Origin: Eledone cirrhosa
Taxonomy: Eukaryota
Direction: 5' to 3'
Assembly (NCBI GenBank): GCA_964016885.1
Contig: OZ024743.1
Location: 127,720,001 to 127,784,000, forward strand
Length of the DNA stretch: 64,000 nt
The notes under the pieces were generated by a model, which did not search any database, was not told the origin of the DNA, and saw only the letters and a program-made list of their open reading frames with translations. Within the stretch, counting starts at the first letter, position 1. The number at the start of each line of letters is the position of its first letter. Below, piece after piece: positions 56,330-64,000 of the stretch. Both the position numbers and the translations under genes were made by a program.

Positions 56330-56500
56330 TGATTTGTGTGTTGAGTCTACATATAAGCAGTATTCCTTCATTCTCAAACTGCCCACATTTTTCTTTCTAA
56401 TATGAATATTGAGTGTAATGTTTTTGTTGTTGTTTTTGGATTTGTCAATGTGTTTTTTGAATGAGGATGCGTTTGTGTTGGGGTGTGTTCTTTAATGCGG
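56330..56500 (-). mobile_element. Degraded GIY-YIG endonuclease fragment of a Penelope-like element
   Basis: Minus strand RIKEH, frameshift, ASSFKKHI...LRMKEYCLYV resembles the RxxEH..S...H...R..KE.L.I tail of PLE endonucleases. Confidence 0.45.
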
Positions 56501-56699
56501 GTGCATGTATTAACAAAGTATGATTATCAAAAGAACTAATAAAATATTGTAAATTATAAATATTTTACCATACTATTTTTTTTTTTTTTTACTCAAGTGA
56601 TAACCTATGTTTTATTTTTTCTTCTGGCAATTATACTTTATTACGTTATTAATATAGAATCCTGCATGCTCCCAAAGACATTTATACTTATACATGCTC

Positions 56700-56750
<51 letters not shown>

Positions 56751-57860
56751 ACATTTATAGACGTGTGTGAGTGTGTGTGTATGTGTGAATGTGTAAGGAT
56801 CGTTCACATTCTTATTTTACCGTTTGGATGAAATAAATAGGAGATAAATTTGCTTAAGTTGGAAACGTCTGCTGGTAAAAGCAATATCTGGGTATGTTAT
56901 CCAGGCCGTTTACTCATGAACGACGTGATAAGGATCCAACTGGTAGATACTTATATATTCTAACAATCTCTATAAGGAAAAAGGGTTTTTCTCTATCTCA
57001 TCGGAAAGGAATTTGTAAACATATTTTTATTTTTGACACTTGGCGTCCACTTGAGATTTATTCTGGGCTACAAGATAACTAAAGGAAAACCCCATCGAAA
57101 TTATCCTGAAGAGTTTTCTGTTTGTTTGCGTGTTTGTTTGTTTGTTTGTTGTTGTTGTTGTTTTTGTTTTTGTTGTTGTTGTTGTTGTTTTTGTTGTTGT
57201 TGTTTCATTTCCTGTAGTAATAATTGTTTCAAATTTAGACACAAGAATAGCAATTTGGCAAGAGAGGAGGAAAAAGTTGATTAAATTTATCTCAGTACTA
57301 TACTGATATTATAATTTATCGACTCTGAAGAGATGAAAGGCAAAGTTGACCTTAACAGGATTTAAACTCTGAACGTATATAGCCATAATTAAATGTTAAA
57401 AGGTATTTTGCCTGATGGTCTAACAATTCTGCTAATTAATAATAATAATTGCTGTTTCTAATTTAGACTCAAGACCAACAATTCGGTAGAGGTGGTGGTG
57501 GGGCAGGCAATTATATTGATCCCAGTACTTGACTGGTACTTCCTTTTGTTGATCACTTGGTTTGAAATAATTTTGAAAAGGACCAACAATTTGGAAGGAT
57601 CTAGTAATATGACTTTCTCATTATCAAGCTATTCTTTGGAACATAACAAAGTGCCTTACATAGAATTAAGATGGAACGTTTTAAAACAAATATATACATT
57701 TTAAAACAAACAATATTAGCTTGTAAATAATCGAACATTTATAGTCGAACATTTATAGGTCTATTTATAGAGGTTTATATGCTCAACTTGTTCGACTACT
57801 TAATAATTAAACTTGCGTTGTAGCAGCTTACAATAAGCTAACATACTTTCATTATTGATT

Positions 57861-58051
57861 GGGCGGTGGGTTGGCAGTATCGGTAGAGGGTCGGACGCCA
57901 TGCTTTGACGCATAGAGTTACGGCCCTTGCCATTCTGAGTTCAAATCCCGCCGAGGTTAACTTTGCCTTTCATCCTTACGGGGTCGATAAAATAAAGTAC
58001 CAGTAATGCACTGAGTAATTGCTGGCCTTGTGCCAAAAGTAGAAACAGTTA
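57861..58051 (+). mobile_element. tRNA-derived SINE, dominant family
   Basis: Full-length match; partial copies also at 59318-59390 (+) and 59527-59644 (-). Confidence 0.88.
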
Positions 58052-58616
58052 TTGATATTAGCTCAACGCTTCGTAAAATGATTGTTTATTTGTTTACGTT
58101 TCCTAACCGATACTGTTTTTCCATATATTCCGTGTACCATATACTATGTTTATGCGGGCTGTGTTCTTATCAAATCCACAGTGGCATCCTAGGCCCACGA
58201 ACCGTCATCCAAATTACTGCGACCAGAATGATAATGGCCATCCGCAGAAGAGAGCTTCAATAGCGACGTCAACAGCATCAGCAACGACAGAAAGAGCAAG
58301 AACAAGATGTTCACCACCAATACAACAGAAAACATTATAATCAGCAATAACGACCGCAAAATTAACAAAAGAGATAGAAACAAACACACTTTTGCTTCTA
58401 CAGAAACAAAAAGGACTCCTACTTGCGTATGCGATCAAATGGGTCAAAGTGGAGGGGAGAAGGGTCTGATTAACTATTCCTGTTGACAGTAACTGCCAGA
58501 AAAAATGGTTCATATCAGTAAAAACGTAACACCCAGAAGCAACAGCACAAGCGCCCAAAATTGAAAGGGCCTTAAAGGAAATAGGTCCTGACATTACATT
58601 TGAGATCAGATCCAAC

Positions 58617-59132
58617 CGACTAGTCGGTTGGCTCTGATCTCTCTGTATGTATTGGCAGGCATATCCCAGAGAATAGTTGATTTGTCATTCTCTGATACCT
58701 TTCCTGGTGTGTGTTTGTACCATCTTTTGTGTGAGTATGTCATAGTGTTTGCATAATTCCTTTTAGGCTAAGACTGGGCAGCTTAAGATAACGTGGTAAA
58801 TGGTTTCTTCCCCCACTTCCACATATTCTGCATTTACTCACTATGTTCTTTTTCATTATGCATTTCATGTGATTTTTGGTTGGGATGCTTTATTCTTGTG
58901 CTGCAATCCCTCTATCACAGATTTATTATTATTATTGTGTTAGGGGCAGTGAATTGGCAGTATCGGTAGAGGTTCGGACGCCATGCTTTCTAGCATAGCT
59001 ACGTCCCTTTGCAGTCTGAGTTCAAATCCCGCCGAGGTTAACTTTGCCTTTCATCCTTACGGGGTCGATAAAATAAAGTACCAGTAATGTACTGGGTAAT
59101 TGCTAGACTTGTGCCTAAAGTAGAAACAATTA
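58617..59132. repeat. Second copy of the LINE-remnant plus SINE block (SINE complete)
   Basis: Same sequence and same LINE/SINE junction as 24119-24540. Confidence 0.85.
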
Positions 59133-60307
59133 TTGTGTTATTCCGTTTAGATCAGTTTTTTTTTCTCTACTGCCGGGTTCAGGTCTAAAACCTAAGGCAA
59201 TAGAGGTTTTCATTGTAGAGAGAGAACTCATCTGAGAATGTGTGCTATTCCTAGTAGCCCGATCTTTTGTAGCTCATATTTGCTGATCTTGCAGGGAAGA
59301 CCGCTTATTATTATTCGGGATCAATAAAATAAAGTACCAGTAATACATTGGGCAATTTCTGGCCTTGTGTCAAAAATAGAAACAATTATTATTATTATTG
59401 AAACAATTAACAATTGTCAATTGTCGATTGTTTTTTCTCAGCTACCGCTGGAACAAAGGGAAGACGTCATCATTTATCATGCGGTGTTTTGAGAGGCTGT
59501 TTACTTGCAAACAAACCAAATATTAATAATTGTTTCTACTTTTGGCACAAGGCCAGCAATTATCCCAGTGTATTACTGGTACTTTATATTATTGACCCCG
59601 TAAGGATGAAAGGCAAAGTTAACCTCGGCGGGATTTGAACTCAGTATGATATTATTATAATATTATGGTCAGGCCGTCGGCGATTAAACTTGCAGCCCCA
59701 CCAAGCTTGCTTGGTGAGAAGGATGATATTTGGACACCTTGCGGGATGAAATACAAGACTCGGTAAAGGGCGGAGGAACTGAGCAGAGTCAACGGTCAAA
59801 TAGTGTGTACATGTGTATGCGTATGTGTCTTCTATCTATATATGTTTTTTTTTGTCTTTTTATATGCATTCTAAATTTTTCACTTTTCATTCTTTTTATC
59901 TTTTTATCTCTTTTTTTTTTAACCTATAAACTTTTATATAAATATTCTATCTCCTTTGGACTGTATTGCCCGTGAGGGTGAAACAACCAATGAGGCTCGG
60001 ACTAAAGAGGAGTAGGGCCCCACAGAAGGTATTTGGTGCAAGACACATCACCGTGGCTTTATACCAATCCCTACCCCCAGCTTATGGACAAATAGCACCT
60101 GCAACAAGCTGCGCCTGCAGCTGTCTCAGCTTTGCTGTGCCACCAGTTTCCAGGGCATCCTGCCAAGGGATGCTACAGTGCGTTGGACAGCATCGTCGTC
60201 ATCTTTTAACGCGACCGACTTTTTATGAGATGAGTAACACTGAACCTTCATTCACGAATACACTTAGGTATCCACCACGTTAAGAGTGAAAACAAATTTT
60301 GTTTATA

Positions 60308-61243
60308 TCTACTTATATATATAACCAGCAATTTCTCTGTCTGTCTGTCCGACAGTGGAAACACGTGCGTAGAGAGAGAGTGAGAGTGAAAGAAAGAGAC
60401 AGACTACGAGAGGGGGATAGCGGGAGGGAGAGAGGGAGAGAGAGAGAGTGAATAGACGCTAAAACACGTGCTACAGAAATATTACCTTCCCCTCTCCACT
60501 GACTTTGGTCACTGAGGCCGAGGGAATCGCTGGTTGCTATAGACACCTTGCACAAGCCAGAAGTAACCAGTTCGAGGCGGTTCTGACTTGACACCATGCG
60601 AAGAAGGTTGCCATTGAATTTGTGGTTTGAAGAAGGTTGCCATTGAATTTGTGGTTGTTGCTGCTGATAATAAGGACCATTTGAAGAAGGTTGCTGCTGA
60701 TGAGGTCATTTATTAATCAGATTGCGCAGTTCCATAACCTACGTTTGATTTATTCAATTTTTTTCTTCAATTTTTTTTGTTGTTTTTTTTATTTCTTATT
60801 GAAAAAATATAAATAATAAAATAAAGTTAGAAATTTAAATACAATTAAATACGATTTAATTTCTATTTCCAGCAGCCAATGTCCAGTGTTCAATTTCATG
60901 AAAAAATTGGAAATAATTCAAAAAATTGAAGTTTAACTTTTGAACATTTGTTTTGACAATAAAAAAATATTTCCTTATTCACACCTAATGGTATGATTAA
61001 CATTTCATAGGAATATTTTTTTCTAACCGCCAGTTATTTATTTTCTCCTTTTTCGTTTTAACATATATTTATTTCAAAGATTTCACCGTATAGATAACAT
61101 ATATATTTATAGATGCATAAAAGACACACCGAGAGACGGTGAACATGTGGTGCCGAAAACATTTCTCATCCAAATCTCAACAATATCAGTTTATACACTA
61201 GATTTGCTAGCAGAAAACCGCCCACCGGGTGGTTTTCTGCTAG
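60308..61243 (+). mobile_element. Non-autonomous Helitron-like element
   Basis: a|TCtacttatatatataa...ctgtctgtctgtc 5' end; 3' hairpin ctagcagaaaaccgccc-acc-gggtggttttctgCTAG|t. Confidence 0.68.
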
Positions 61244-62225
<982 letters not shown>

Positions 62226-62845
62226 AATATATATATATACATACACACACATCAAACTTTGACACACATATATATACGCGATGGACTGATTCCCTCTCAC
62301 ACACACGCATCTACACAAATATACACATGCATCACATACACCAGCGAATCCGCACACACATACGTTATTATTCACACTGCCAGATCACCAACGATATGGT
62401 CTTTGGACTCTCTAGCAATATAATGCCTCATCGTTCTTCTCTCCAGGAAGTTTACTCAAATGTTAACTGCCTCGTGGATATAAAAACAGACTCTTTTTTT
62501 TCCTATGCCAGTGTATGGTTTTGTTAAACTATGCGGTTCCAGTCCATCAGTAGAAGCATTGAGACATTAAAAGTGAATATTGGGAAAGATTGGAGACTAC
62601 GTTGAGTGGTCATGGATCAAAAAGAGACTATATAATGTAGAAAGGACTCTTCAGTCTGACCGCACATAATACAACCTCCTCAGTGTTGGTGCCACGATCA
62701 AATACAAACAGTAAGCCCTGTAAGGAAGGTAGCCGTAGAAACCATGCCAAATATGGAATGTAACGAGCAATATGAGTTCTCTCTTACCTCTCTAAACTCG
62801 AACAGATATGATAAAAGACATAAATGATGATGATGATGATGATGA

Positions 62846-62934
<89 letters not shown>

Positions 62935-62996
62935 TATGAAGAAAATATTGAATGGTATAACAGTAAGAAATGATGAAAGACGTTTACAGTACTTAC

Positions 62997-63131
62997 GGAA
63001 GTTGCAGTATTTCAAGTCCTTACTGGGTTGAAATCCATCAAGACACATACACTTCCCTTCCAAACATGTACTGTTAGCGACAGCTTCCATGCAATCATCA
63101 TTCACTTCACAATTTCGGTCTCCGATTTTCC
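62997..63131 (-). CDS. Exon of Cys-rich EB-module/EGF-like repeat protein (one module)
   Basis: Minus strand ttttag|GG AAA ATC GGA...AAC TTC C|gtaagt; 135 nt, phase 1-1; encodes KIGDRNCEVNDDCMEAVANSTCLEGKCMCLDGFQPSKDLKYCNF with the same 6-Cys spacing as the other exons. Confidence 0.85.
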
Positions 63132-63315
63132 CTAAAAATAGAAAAATAAAGAAATGTAAATTATCTCAACTCAAGTATATCCAATGACAACTATATCCAA
63201 TGACAGAGAATTCAAATTTAAGAAGTGATAATAAACAAAATATACAATATATACAACATTTGGGAAGTCAAAAGTTTTTCACAAAATGTTTTCAACTCAA
63301 AACAGGAACAAAACG

Positions 63316-63380
<65 letters not shown>

Positions 63381-63726
63381 AAATAAACAAATAAATAAAT
63401 ATAAATATAATATGAACATATAATATAATAATATAATATATATAAGCAGTGTTTTAACAAAAGATACGTAAATTCATCAAATATATGCATATATAGAGAG
63501 AGACAGAGGCATCAATGAACATATCAAATACGAGACTATATTTATAAAGTGAGAGAAATTAAAGTCGGTCTGAAAATAAGAAGGAAATATGTATATTAGA
63601 TGTATATATTTTATTATTATATATATCATTCACATTCAATACTTAGAATAGACATGGTAATATTAGGGACATAAGGAATACTGTTTATTTTATAGCACAC
63701 ACACACATATATATATATATATATAC

Positions 63727-63792
<66 letters not shown>

Positions 63793-63964
63793 TACATATA
63801 TATATATATTTGCATTATATATGTATATATATATATATATATATGTGTGTATATATGTATATATGTATATATGTATATATGTATATATGTATATATGTAT
63901 ATATGTATATATGTGTGTATATATATATATATACATATATACATATATATATATATTTGCATTA

Positions 63965-64000
<36 letters not shown>

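Noticed and set aside
58146-58615. Overlapping ORFs as a host exon
   Set aside because: Interrupted frames, no recognisable domain, abuts a LINE remnant; probably decayed retroelement sequence

Overview
AT-rich, microsatellite-saturated eukaryotic DNA. The (TA)n/(CA)n/(CATA)n/(ATG)n tracts and the SINE repertoire suggest a cephalopod, probably an octopus, but that is an inference. Almost every ORF in the supplied track is microsatellite noise. The only host coding signal is a minus-strand, multi-exon gene (or tandem pair) encoding about 20 tandem ~44-aa six-cysteine EB-module/EGF-like repeats. Its exons lie at 62997-63131, 19517-19642, 14345-15937, 11415-11788, 7790-8087 and 4567-4701, all with phase-compatible GT-AG junctions. 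A probable internal signal-peptide start uses 18590-18648 plus a 29-nt microexon at 16023-16051. The introns hold tRNA-derived SINEs, RTE/CRE/R4-like LINE remnants, Penelope-like fragments, non-autonomous Helitrons and pogo-like MITEs. The most striking unannotated signal is at least ten minimal type-I hammerhead-ribozyme motifs (CUGANGA...GAAA-palindromic stem III-UH) from several sequence families. Most sit in short non-coding fold-back elements inserted in (TA)n tracts, which fits non-autonomous Penelope-like/retrozyme elements. A second notable structure is a chain of retroelements each bounded by (CATA)n.
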